DNA from: Macrostomum hystrix
Taxonomy: Eukaryota; Animalia; Platyhelminthes
Reading direction: 5' to 3'
Assembly: GCA_950097015.1 (NCBI GenBank)
Contig: CATNEN010000037.1
Location: 2,914,001-2,978,000 of the forward strand
Length of the DNA stretch: 64,000 nucleotides
Part shown: positions 50,938 to 61,634 of the stretch, piece after piece
Layout: the number at the start of each line of letters is the position of its first letter
Numbering within the stretch: position 1 is the first letter of the stretch
Notes under the pieces: generated by a model
Databases searched by the model: none
What the model was told of the DNA's origin: nothing
The model's input: the letters and a program-made list of their open reading frames with translations, nothing else
Translations under genes and position numbers: made by a program

Positions 50938-52344
50938 TCACTGCGCCTTGCCCGACTGCTTCTTTGCCGCCTGCTGCTTTTGTCTGTCGCCTCTCAGCTG
51001 GCTTCTGCGTCTCAGGTAGAGCCACAGGCCGGAGGACGCCAGGTGCAGGCCCTGAGCCGCGCCAGACAGCAGTGTTGGAGGCTGCTTGTTGTGCAGGGCA
51101 ACGCAGATAGAGGACACGATAATGCAGCGCATTAGCTCAAAGGTCGCGGCAGAGCTGGGGAAGCCATCGATCAGGCGGCCGATTGAGTACAGAGTGAGCA
51201 AGATTATGGCGCAGCTGGTTGCCACGGACCATATTGACAGGCTCTGTCGGTTGCTTGCCAAATATATATAGACAACGTGGATGGCGACAAAGTGCACGGT
51301 GGCATAGGCGGTGACCCAGGCGGGCACGCGTGGGTTGTGGTACTGCACCGGGTTCTCGATGGCTGGGAAGTCGTCTGTACCGAGTCGGGGAGTCCCGGGC
51401 TGCCAGCCGGGGCCGTAGAAGAAAGCGCGGAACCGATCGGCCCAGGTCTTGTGCTGACCCCACAGGCCGAAGACGTACTTCAGGTGAAAAAACTGCAGCT
51501 CTATTGCGTCGAAAGTGTTCACCGGATGGATGAGCCCGTAAACCGGTGGCTCGTCATCCTTTTCAGCCTGGAATGTGCCGAAGATTCGGTCGAACAGGAT
51601 GAATGTTCCGCCGTAATTCTTGTCGATGCAGTAGGCGTTGCGTCCGTGATGAACCCGATGGTGCGACGGCGTATTCATGACATATTCGATTGGCGCCGGC
51701 AGCTTCTTGATGACCTCGGTGTGAATCCAGAACTGGTAGAGAAGGTTGAACTGAATGTGTACAGCGAATAGGGCAGGCGGCAGCACCAGGGCCAGTGGCA
51801 AGTAAATGTACCAGCCAAAGTAGCGCTGCAGCACCGACTGTCGCAGCGCCGTGGTGAGGTTGTACCGCTCGGAGCTGTGGTGCATCTGGTGCCCGGACCA
51901 GAACAGGTTGACCTCGTGCGCGGTCCTGTGCACCCAGTAGTAGCAGAAGTCCACACCAACTAGAGCCGCCAGCCAGGCCCATGCCGAGTCCCAGGGTACG
52001 TCAACGATGCGCCAGCGATCGTAGACCCAAATATAGCCGGAGACCTCAATGCTGCGAGCGAGCAGCAGCGGCAGCTGGGAGAACAGGCCGCCAGAGATGG
52101 AGCCAATGCTGTCATTAAGAGGCATAGCCTTCCTCTGGCCCTTGTACACTAGAATGACGTACTCAATGAAAATGAGCAGCAGAAAGTACGGAATGGCCTC
52201 ATCGACAAACCTCGGCACCATGTCTACCTGCGGAGCGGAAGTCTCCCATGGCGTCACCAGGTAAAGCAATCTCCGCAGACCAGTCAACGGGTCCACCAAT
52301 TGCGGCTTTACCAATCGACTGCCATTGTTGATGCTGCTGTCCAT
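50938..52344 (-). CDS. AGMO: Alkylglycerol monooxygenase (fatty acid hydroxylase family), intronless CDS, 468 aa
   Basis: His motifs HRTAH, HQMHH, WIH and HHRVHH; YNLTTALRQS, CIDKNYGGTFILFDRIFGTF; multiple TM segments. Confidence 0.93.
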   Translation of the reverse strand: MDSSINNGSRLVKPQLVDPLTGLRRLLYLVTPWETSAPQVDMVPRFVDEAIPYFLLLIFIEYVILVYKGQRKAMPLNDSIGSISGGLFSQLPLLLARSIEVSGYIWVYDRWRIVDVPWDSAWAWLAALVGVDFCYYWVHRTAHEVNLFWSGHQMHHSSERYNLTTALRQSVLQRYFGWYIYLPLALVLPPALFAVHIQFNLLYQFWIHTEVIKKLPAPIEYVMNTPSHHRVHHGRNAYCIDKNYGGTFILFDRIFGTFQAEKDDEPPVYGLIHPVNTFDAIELQFFHLKYVFGLWGQHKTWADRFRAFFYGPGWQPGTPRLGTDDFPAIENPVQYHNPRVPAWVTAYATVHFVAIHVVYIYLASNRQSLSIWSVATSCAIILLTLYSIGRLIDGFPSSAATFELMRCIIVSSICVALHNKQPPTLLSGAAQGLHLASSGLWLYLRRRSQLRGDRQKQQAAKKQSGKAQ

Positions 52345-53433
52345 GGCAAAAAAGAATAGGCGAAAACTTATTCAGTGCTGTTAGAGTCGCACTGCTAAAG
52401 TTTTTGAAAGGCAAAATAAGCTTTACCAGCTGGAGCGACGGAGTAAAGGAGCCAATGTGCGCTCCAAGTACACAAAACTATTCGTGCATACCCCGCTGCA
52501 CAGGCTGAGCAGAACAAAAATGCTCAAGCTGTTTTGTCTTTCGGGTTCTCAAACCCCACTGTACACTGACCTGACCAAAATCTAGGCTTTCCCTCCCTGA
52601 TAACAACCAATACAGGCCTGAAATGTTTGGCCTATCGAGTCAAACCACTTTCTTTTTCTTATGGCTTTATCTAAGTTTGTTAAAAGGCTAAAAATGTAGA
52701 CCTAGGAGGGCTTGGTCGATAGCTTAAAGCTGAGCTATGTTATAAGATTATCAGAAGAGAATTATCAGAACAGAGGAGGGTTCACAGCCATGACGTGCTT
52801 TTAACCACTTTTTATTATCGCTAAGCACAACAATCGCGAAGCTAAAGTTGTTTTAAATTGAAAATAAAGAAAACTGGTGTGATCTGCTAATCGGCTTTTT
52901 AGGGCTCTGACGCAGGAGCTTACAGATAAGTACCAACAAGAACTTCTAATATATTTATTTGGTCTCCGGCTGCAGTAGTAGCGAGAATAGCGTGTACCCT
53001 GAGATCATTCACTGAGAAATGAGTGATGAGTAGCGATTCTGTTGCTCAGGTTCCATACTAGCTTCGCATTGTATAAAAGTTGGGAGGGATATTTTTGGGT
53101 CTAAACATGAACGCCTTGAATTTCTATGGCCACGACTTGCTATTTGTCTCTGTCTTGTTAAACAGCCATTAGCTTTGGGCCATAGACATTCTTATTTGAG
53201 CCAGCGTGCGGGAATGAAGGCAGTCGTGCAGGAATGAAATAATCTATGGCCAAATCTCCACTGTTTTACACATGGACATCGTGCAGGAATGACACTCTCC
53301 GTTCCTGCACGCAAACAATTTATTTATATGCATTTGATTTATTTTTAACCCCCTCTCTCTTTCCTCCCTCCACACTTTATTCTTAATATGAATTTTGTCT
53401 ATGGTTAGAATGGCTCTAATAAGAATGAAATTC

Positions 53434-54621
53434 ATGAACGCTTACGAGTGCGTCTATGGGAAAAGCACGAGTGCGCGAAGCGAGAGCATGCCATTGCGCT
53501 ACTTAGACGGCTATCTTCGCCTATGGTATGTTAGTCTGCGAGCGAATCCTGCGCTTGGAACGAAGACCTATGCACCGGATACGATTCGTGGCTTTCGGGC
53601 AAGCATTCACCGATTTGTAAAGGAGACACGCGCCATTGATGTCATTGGCAACGAAGTATTCCGGCTGAGCAACGAAGCCTATTCGTGTGTTCTGCGCCTT
53701 AGTTGCCAGCTACGAGAGCGAACTTCGGGCGAACAGCCTGGATTCAGCGCGATCACGGATTCCGACATGGCCCTTCTGAAACAATATTTCACTCGACGGG
53801 ATCCAGTGCGGCTTCAGGATGAAGTGTTTTTTAATATCGTCTACCATTTCGGATTTCGAGGTCGTGAATGGATTAATGAAGTTGTCTTCACTGCAATTCT
53901 CTGTGGTCAATAATGTGAGGTGCATTGACATGATCCAAACTGGTCGGGAGAAGACTATCACTGCCGAAGAACGTGGCAAGTGCAGGACAAGCAAGCAGAT
54001 AAGAATGTTCAGTATCCAAGGCCAGAATTGTCCAGTAGAAGCGGTGGACCTGTACGTGTCTAAGCTGCCACCAGGAACGGATGTTTTGTTTCCGAAGCCA
54101 ATCAAGGTCAGGCCTGATTCGGCAGTATGGTATTCTCATAAGCAGGTTCTGGGAAAGAACACACTATTCGATATGATGAAGGGCATCTCAAAGCGCGCTG
54201 GTCTACAGTTCGAGTACACCAACCATTGGATTCGCGCAACAGTTGTTACTAACCTGACGGAAGCCGGACACAGTTTGCAGGAGATCAAATCTGTGACAGG
54301 TACGAGCGTACGTGCGTAGTATTTTGGTGTGTTTAATTGGCAGATTATTAAATAGATTTTTTATGCGGCGACCATTTCACAGGGCATCGGAGTGACGCGG
54401 CTGTTGTTCGCTATGTCAGCAGAATTTCTCAGAAGCGGAAGCAACAAATTTCCGAATCGCTTAGCGTCGCTCTGAATGCGGATTCTCTGTCGGATGGTGC
54501 CTCCTCATCAAAGCGAGCCACAATCGTTGTGCCGTCGACTGTAGCTACGCCATCGGTTAATGCAGACAAGCCTACCGCGGTTCTTGAAAAGGATGGAGTG
54601 CGACTCAGCTTCTACTTTTAA
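53434..54621 (+). mobile_element. Crypton-like tyrosine recombinase gene with one frameshift (about 53875) and an 83-nt intron (54300-54382)
   Basis: FFNIVYHFGFRGRE (first catalytic R), CPVEA..LYVSK, NHWIRAT (HxxR), and spliced TG|HRS...VRY (H and catalytic Y). Confidence 0.85.
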
Positions 54622-55176
54622 CATTGGATGGCTTAGTTGGTGACGCTTAGTTGGTGACGTATTACTCGCTAATTATTGAACTATAAATAACAACTTATGT
54701 TTCAACATGTACTTTTGTGTTGTTGATTAATATACTGTTAATTTGTTTCCATTACAATATTCTACTCTTATTGAAGAATAACAAAATAAGAAAAACCGAC
54801 AAATCACGCGCTGTTTCACGCTCCTTTCAAAATGAAAAAATGGATTCAAAATGCGATTAGATGTTTTAATCGAAGCCCGATAGAATTGGTAAATTTTACT
54901 GATAGCAGTACAACAATGCATTGTACTGTTTATGCTCTAAGTTAACATTTTCTTTTTATATATCGTACTATTCTAATAAGAATGAAAGTTTACACGACAG
55001 TTGAGAGGTACAAAGCTGTGTATTTTCTTTGAAACCGGCCAAAACGAAAAAATTTTTTTTCAAGAAGCAGGCTTTTTAATGCCTAACTATTCCAAATACT
55101 CCAAGAGATTCCAGTGTGAAATTTTCCCAGAGGCACAATAAGACCGGCCGTCTCAATTTAAGAACAATTTGAGTCC

Positions 55177-58100
55177 TTAATTAGGAACAAATGGCGATGC
55201 TGCATCCTCTTGCTCAAGCTCTTGCTGTTGGCGCTTCTCTGCACTGTGCCCTCGTCTCCGCCACTGCCGACGCGGCTGCAACGCCCAGGAAGCCAGCTTG
55301 GCCAATCCGGCCACACTGAATGCGCCCGAGGCCAGGTAGAATACGGCAGAATAGTCACCGTTGCGTCTGCGCAGCCATTGGCCAAGGAATGGCGCCGGAA
55401 ATGAGCCGAAGAAGAACGTTGTGAAATAAAAGCCAGTGCAGATCTCGTAGTGTTGCAGTCCGAAAGCCTCCTTTATCACGCTGCCCGTCAGTGCGTACCG
55501 ACCACCCTGAGTGAGCGCCAGTTTATGCAGATGAAAGATTCAAAAAGAAAATTTCTGATGCCATTGTTCGTTTGGTATTTAAAAAGTAATTCATGGAAAG
55601 CTTACAGGCAGTGCAGATGGAACTCAGACTTTCGTGAGCAGTCAGGGGGTGAGTGGCAGAGCGGTTAACGCGTTCGCCTCTCGCACCAATGTCCCTGTGC
55701 TCGATTCCGCGTTGAAGACCACATTAATTTGGGGCGCAGCCGCTGAGAGAAGGCTTTAGGGCCAAACTCCAAGGCACAGTGAGTGTACACTACCTGACGA
55801 TGAGAAAGTCAGGGAGGATGCATGCACACACCTGTGAGAGAGTGTGTGCATGCATCATTTTATCCAATAGCCTGGCTTCGCTGGCTTCAGGTCTAGTGTC
55901 ACCAAATAATGTGCCATTGCCCACAGCCCTCCTGCAATATTATTCATGAGCAGTTACGGAAGGATTGTTTCTATCTCTATCTCTATATTGTAAGAGTTTG
56001 AAAGATCGCTTATTTAGTGAACTTCAACAAGCAGAGAGGCGAACAGTACGTTTATAATGCCTAGTGTCCAAAAATAGTGACTTTCAGTGCAAAAGCATAG
56101 ACAATAGTCATTCAGAGTGACTCATAAGCATTCAGAGTGACCCATAGACATTCAGAGTGACCCATAGACATTCAGAGAGACTCATAGACGCCGCACCTGA
56201 CAGGCACCCATGCCGCAGTAGACAGCAAGCCCAAGTGCCTCGGAGTAACGCAAGGCACTGGGCAGAGCGCCAGTTAGGACCGATGAAATTATTAAATTAG
56301 CTGAGTCAACCAGGAACGGCTCCAGACGGGTGCCCATGTAGCCGAAGACCAGGTTTCCCAGCGTGAAGGCAACACCGAAACCAGCTGGGAGCACGGCGAT
56401 GCGGTCGACCGGCACGGATAGCTCACTGGCCATCACCGGAGCGAAGTTGATTGTTACAACGCCACAAAATGACTGCAAACACAGATGGCAAAGTTAGGAG
56501 TTCGATCAGGTGGAAGCTATTTAAGAAATCTGAGTCTAATAATCTGAATAAAGCGTATATCCTATGTGGTGACTGGGCTGAATGAAAGTGCCCAGTGCAC
56601 CTTGTTTGAGCGCGCTGCACCCCCCCGCACTTGGCTGTTTATTCTTTATCTCGGCCTGCGCCGCGCTGATTGGCTGGGCCATTTCGACCCTGCGCCTCTC
56701 CCCCTGTTGTTGTTCACTCGGCCGGATTACACCGGTTGATGTACCCTCCCTCCCCCCTAGTTATTTATGTCGTGCGCTGCGCTGATTGGCGGGCCGTGTT
56801 TTTTGGGGATCTAGGGTCTGCCCTGGCCCCTCGGGGTGGGGCTTTAGCCCCAGGCTCTCTCCCCCCGCCGCGGTGCTATTTATTGTGGAGCGCTGGACCC
56901 TGGCCTCTGCCACCGTCGGCCCCCCCCCTCAAGACAACTACGTGCGACACCTAAAATCACGACTGCCTGGCCCCCCCCTCTACGGGAACGCTGCCCTGTC
57001 TGAGTCTCACTACTCGACTGACTAACAATATACGAGATTGACTTCCGGTCATCCGGCCTTGCCTGCGCCGCGCGACTGTGCGAATTTCTGTTTGGTAAGC
57101 CTTCGACTCCGCGTTTGTCCTTTGCGGGCTAGCTTTAGGCACCTTAGAGGAAGTGGAGCGTCGTACGCCGATCCCCACCTCAACCAGTGTGCGTCGTACG
57201 CTCGCTGGAGGCCGTCGTGCGTCGTACGCTCGATCTGCCTAGCCCAACCGACTCTGTGTCGTACGCGGGTCGGTGGGGACGACCGTAGCCAGGGTCAGTA
57301 CGCGAGCCCGGGTCCGTGGGGCGCCCCTGGGGATTGAGCCCTCGAGCCCCATCATCACACCTATAATTAATCATTAATTAGGTCAGACGTGAAGCCGACA
57401 GCACAGCCGCAGCTATTGCGTGGCGCACCTGAAGGCTGCGTACGGCTGTATAGTCCATGGACTGAAAAGACGCCCACCCACCCTCAATTACCCCAGCTAA
57501 TTCTGGTACCCATTTAACAGCTGGGTGAACTGAAGCAATGCAGAGTTAAGTGTCTTGCTAAAGGACACAAATTGTTCAAGTGGAGTTGGGAATCGAACCC
57601 CCGACCTTGAAGTACTGTGTCCGACGCTCTAACCACAAGTCCAAGCTCGATTCCGCAGCCCGACCACATTAATTTAGGGCGCATCTTGGGGGCGTCGGCT
57701 TGGTGGCTTGTAGTGCAATTTACGCCATTGAGGGCCAACTATCAAGGCACAGTGAAAGTGTAAACTGCCTGACGACGATGAGAATGTCAAGGCAGATGTA
57801 CACACTTGTGTGAGCGTGTGCCTGCGTACGGTATCTGTGTGCGTTTGTGCTCAGGAGACAACGAAATGGGCAGACTTGCCTTTCCGCAGCATTCCAGAAA
57901 CTACTATTTTCATTTATTTTTATTATTCATCTCGATGCTTAACCTTAAGCAGCTTTGTAATAATCTTCCTGTGATGAAAATTATTAGCAATACTCTGTTA
58001 CAAGTACAAGTTACGAGTACCATACAATAGAATTGGTTAGTAAGGTAGCTATGTTCTCCCATTCTCCCACTCTACCTGCAGAAGTGCGGCGCAATACAGG

Positions 58101-58822
58101 AGTCCAATATCTGGCCCGCAGGACCGCAGCATGTCGGCTATCTTGGCAAGACGCCCTGCATCAGTAGAAGTTAATTGCTTTACGACTTTGTCATCGTCAG
58201 CCGCAGGTGCCGCCTCATCCAGTGGCAGTTCGAGGCTCAGCGCTGGCCTCGGGCGGATGAGCAGAGCCAGAGCACCTGCGTTCAGAGACACTGCTCCAAG
58301 GAGGAGAGCGGCCCCGCGCCAGGTGAAGGCGCTGATCAGCATCTGAGTGACTGGCGCCGACAGCAGCAAACCGATGCCGCAGCCGCTGGTGACGACTCCG
58401 CTCGCCAGGGCGAGTCGACGGTTGAAGTTGTAGGCCAGCAGCGTCATGGGGAAGAAGTACAGACCCTCGGCTGCGAGCGGCACCATCAGACCGAAGGTCG
58501 GCAGCAGGAGGCGCGCATCGGCAGCGAAGTAGCTCAGGCTGTAGCCAGCGAACATGCACAATGAGCTGCCTACGGCGACTCGCCGCTCGCCCTGAGAGCG
58601 CACCAGAAGCGCCATCAGGGGCGACATGAGCTGTCCGGCGCCGTAGGTCATGCCATAGACAACGGTGAGCAGGCCGGTCTGCTGTGGGAAGGCCTCCAGG
58701 TGAGCTATGTAAAAGAGGCCATTAATTTTGTACGAGCTGTCAGAGACCAGCGAAGCAATGAAGCCGATGAATAAAATTGTGGCCTTGTACGCTTTGGGTG
58801 CTGGCTTTTGGACAGTTTCCAT
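55177..58822 (-). CDS. MFS monocarboxylate-transporter-like (SLC16 family) paralog 1; exons 58822-58076, 56472-56197, 55506-55177 (450 aa)
   Basis: 12-TM-type hydrophobicity; FNRRLALASGVVTSGCGIG and FTWRGAALLLGA SLC16-like motifs; phase-0 GT/AG junctions. Confidence 0.88.
55645..55850 (+). mobile_element. SINE family B
   Basis: GTGAGTGGCAGAGCGGTTAACGCG head shared with the other B copies. Confidence 0.7.
56100..56187. repeat. 20-bp tandem repeat, about 4 units
   Basis: CATTCAGAGTGACCCATAGA. Confidence 0.85.
56565..57359. mobile_element. Solo LTR (795 bp) in an intron of MFS paralog 1
   Basis: TGTGGTGA...TCATCACA termini (7/8 inverted match), 4-bp TSD CCTA (56561-56564, 57360-57363), GC-rich with two ATTGG boxes. 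Confidence 0.8.
57365..57640 (-). mobile_element. SINE family A
   Basis: Reverse-complement match to family A. Confidence 0.82.
57641..57860 (+). mobile_element. 5'-truncated SINE family B
   Basis: Starts at the B box (GCTCGATTCC) and shares body and tail with the other B copies. Confidence 0.65.
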
Positions 58823-59532
58823 TCCCACCAACGCTAATAAAACTGGTTTAGGACAGGATTAGGATTCGAGTAAAGTTCTTTATGTTGGCCGACAGTGTCC
58901 TTCAATGTTTTGCAAATCAGAGCTACTTGTTATCTTCATCTCTTGAAGGCTCTCTGGTCCAATCCGTGTGTAACTGGCCGCCTCCTATGTGCCGCTATAG
59001 GCCGCTTAATACAGGGGTCTGGATCTGGCCAGCTGGTGACAGCAACATGCACACTGCCCTCAATTGCACATACCGCGTCCACAACTCTCATGCACCCTTT
59101 TCACTAGCCTCCTCCTGTCTCTCTGGCTCTAATACCAGTCGTTTTTTAGGCTGGCATTTCGTGAGGCATCATCAACTTGAAGTTTCTAGTCGCTCTGCAA
59201 TGTACTCGAAGTTCCTTATTTTATTATTGGTACAGATAGTCTCGACTGCGAGTTCAATTTTCAAAGCTATACTCGTATAACGTAACAAGGGCGTCGTGTT
59301 GATGCACTTTATCTGGCCCACTAAGCTCCAGCAAATTTAAATCGATACAAAGCTGTTCGTAGATCAAAGAATCGCCGTCACTGCACCTGAAGAGCTAAAT
59401 CTAAACTTTGAACTGACGTAAACAGGAAATGAAATGCCAAAAGCTAACTTTTCAAGCACACTTAGGAAATAGTTCTTTTAAGACTTTTCTTTACCATGAG
59501 ACCGACAAATATTACCACTAGTAGGTTCACTA

Positions 59533-61061
59533 TTGGTTTTGTCAGCCTAACTGAGAATAAAGCCACCCAAAATGAGAATCCTGCCTACGCTGACTGCGAA
59601 GGGCCTAGCTGCGTGCAGCCTTAGTCTATGGGCCATAGACAATAAAGGACAAGCAAAGTGATAAAAAGCCATCCAATGTGAGAATCCTGCCTACGCTGAA
59701 TACGAAGGGCCTAGCTGCGTCCAGCCTTAGTCTATGGGCCATAGACAATAAAGGACAAGCAAAGTGATAAAAAGGCATCCAATGTGAGAATCGATCGCTT
59801 TTTCTCTTTCCCCCAGCTCTCTCCACTCCTCCAAGCGCAACTCCTCCATCACTGCTTCTCCATCACCCACAGTCTCGTTGCTTTTTTGCCTATTTATCCA
59901 ACACTTAGAATTAACAGAGTTCAGTCTTCACCACTGCAATAAAAATACCCGCCTCATCTGTGGACCGCCAGCGACTCATCGCGGCCATTGAAAATGGAAG
60001 CTCACTAAGGGAAGCAGCAGCCGTCCTGCAACTGCCTGTCTCAACTGCCTATAGAATTGCCCGTCAGCATCGCCTAGAAGGAAGAACTGAGGCGCTTCCT
60101 CGAGGTGGTCAACGACTTCTTAAAGTTGATGATGAAATGCGGCAATTTCTGAACAAGAAGCTGCAAGAGAACCCCTTCCTAACGTTAAAAGAGATGGCCA
60201 ACTACATGGTTGTGGCATGATATCAAGGCCGTGCTATCAGGGGTCGCCCTGTTAAGCGGACTGTGACGACACAAAGAGGCCCAAACGTGACCGTCTGCAT
60301 GGCTATCTGCGCAGAGTTTGGCCTGGTGCACTCGACCGTGCAGCGGGGTGGTCAGACGCTGGTTCGCTTCCAGGAGTTCATCGACTTCTTGGCAGAGCGA
60401 TGCAATGAAGCTCGATGCCGATGGAAGCTGGCTGGTTGTGATGGACGGCCCGCACTTCCACAGGGGAGCCAGGGTGCCGGAGCAACTACAAGAGAAGATC
60501 TCGATTCGCATCCTGCCGCCATACTCACACTTCCTCAACCCATCGGAACTGGCCAGCAGTGCGCTGAAGGCACGGATCAAAAGCCGCCTGGCAGACGCTG
60601 GACTAGTCAATGAGGAGGCCGTTGCTCCAGATGGCGTTAACAAAGAGGAGTGGCGATTCATGCTGTTGGAGAGGGAGGCGCGCGAAGCGATTGACGACAC
60701 AGTCACTGCTGGGAAGGCTGCCGCGTGGGACCTGCATTGCAGACGACTCTTTGGGCAGTGTATTGAGGGACGGCTATTTTAACTCTTTACTTTACTTTAC
60801 TGTATCATCCAGTGTGTTCCTGTTTCCGTTATTCCGTTCAAGCTATTGGCTAGTCATATGGCTCAGAAGGTATAAAAATAAGAGAATACGACGCATAGAC
60901 CGATCGATTCTCACATTGGATGGCTTTTTATCACTTTGATTGTCCTTTATTGTCTATGGCCCATAGACTAAGGCTGCACGCAGCCAGGCCCTTCGCAGTC
61001 AGCGTATAGGCAGGATTCTCATTTTGGGTGGCTTTATTCTCAGTTAGGCTGACAAAACCAA
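59533..61061 (+). mobile_element. Defective Tc1/mariner-IS630 superfamily transposon (1529 bp)
   Basis: TA TSD (59531-59532, 61062-61063) and about 160-bp TIRs starting TTGGTTTTGTC. HTH N-terminus and VMDG...PPYSHFLNPSE catalytic end. Internal deletion, a stop and a frameshift. Confidence 0.92.
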
Positions 61062-61634
61062 TAATTCAAACCGATGAATTCAAAAGTTTTCTTCGCCAAA
61101 ACTTCATCGAAAAAAATAATTGTGAGTTTTTCGCTATTTTCGCTAATTGTAGTTAGCCTACGCGTGTTAAAACGAGGTTGAAACTAACGGAAGCCCGCCC
61201 TCTGTTGTTGTCTATGGTCGAATTCCATTGATAGGCACAGCGGGCAGGCCGTGAAACGTGTTTCACGCCCGCTAACTACAATATACCAATATTGATAGGC
61301 TGCAGAGGGCTGAAACGAGGTAAAACGTTGAGGCGCGTAGCGCAGATTGTAGTATGCAGTATCAGTATGACAAGCTAAAACTAAAGCAATATTATTAACG
61401 CTTTTTTATTGTACTATTATGATATGTAAACGTACAAAGTATAAAATCCAATGCAGAATCAAATGAAAGCAAGTAAAATTTAACCAGAAACGAAAAAATA
61501 TAAAAGTGCATCAACGAGTTTGAGCACCGAAAAGATCGTAAATGACCACAATAAAGACGCAGTTTGTTTCACAAAGTCTTTGAATTATTTTCCTATTCAA
61601 GATTTGTCTACGCACTGCGGGAATTTACGAGTGT

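Noticed and set aside
51086-52414. ORFs overlapping AGMO in other frames or on the other strand
   Set aside because: GC-rich codon shadows of the AGMO CDS.
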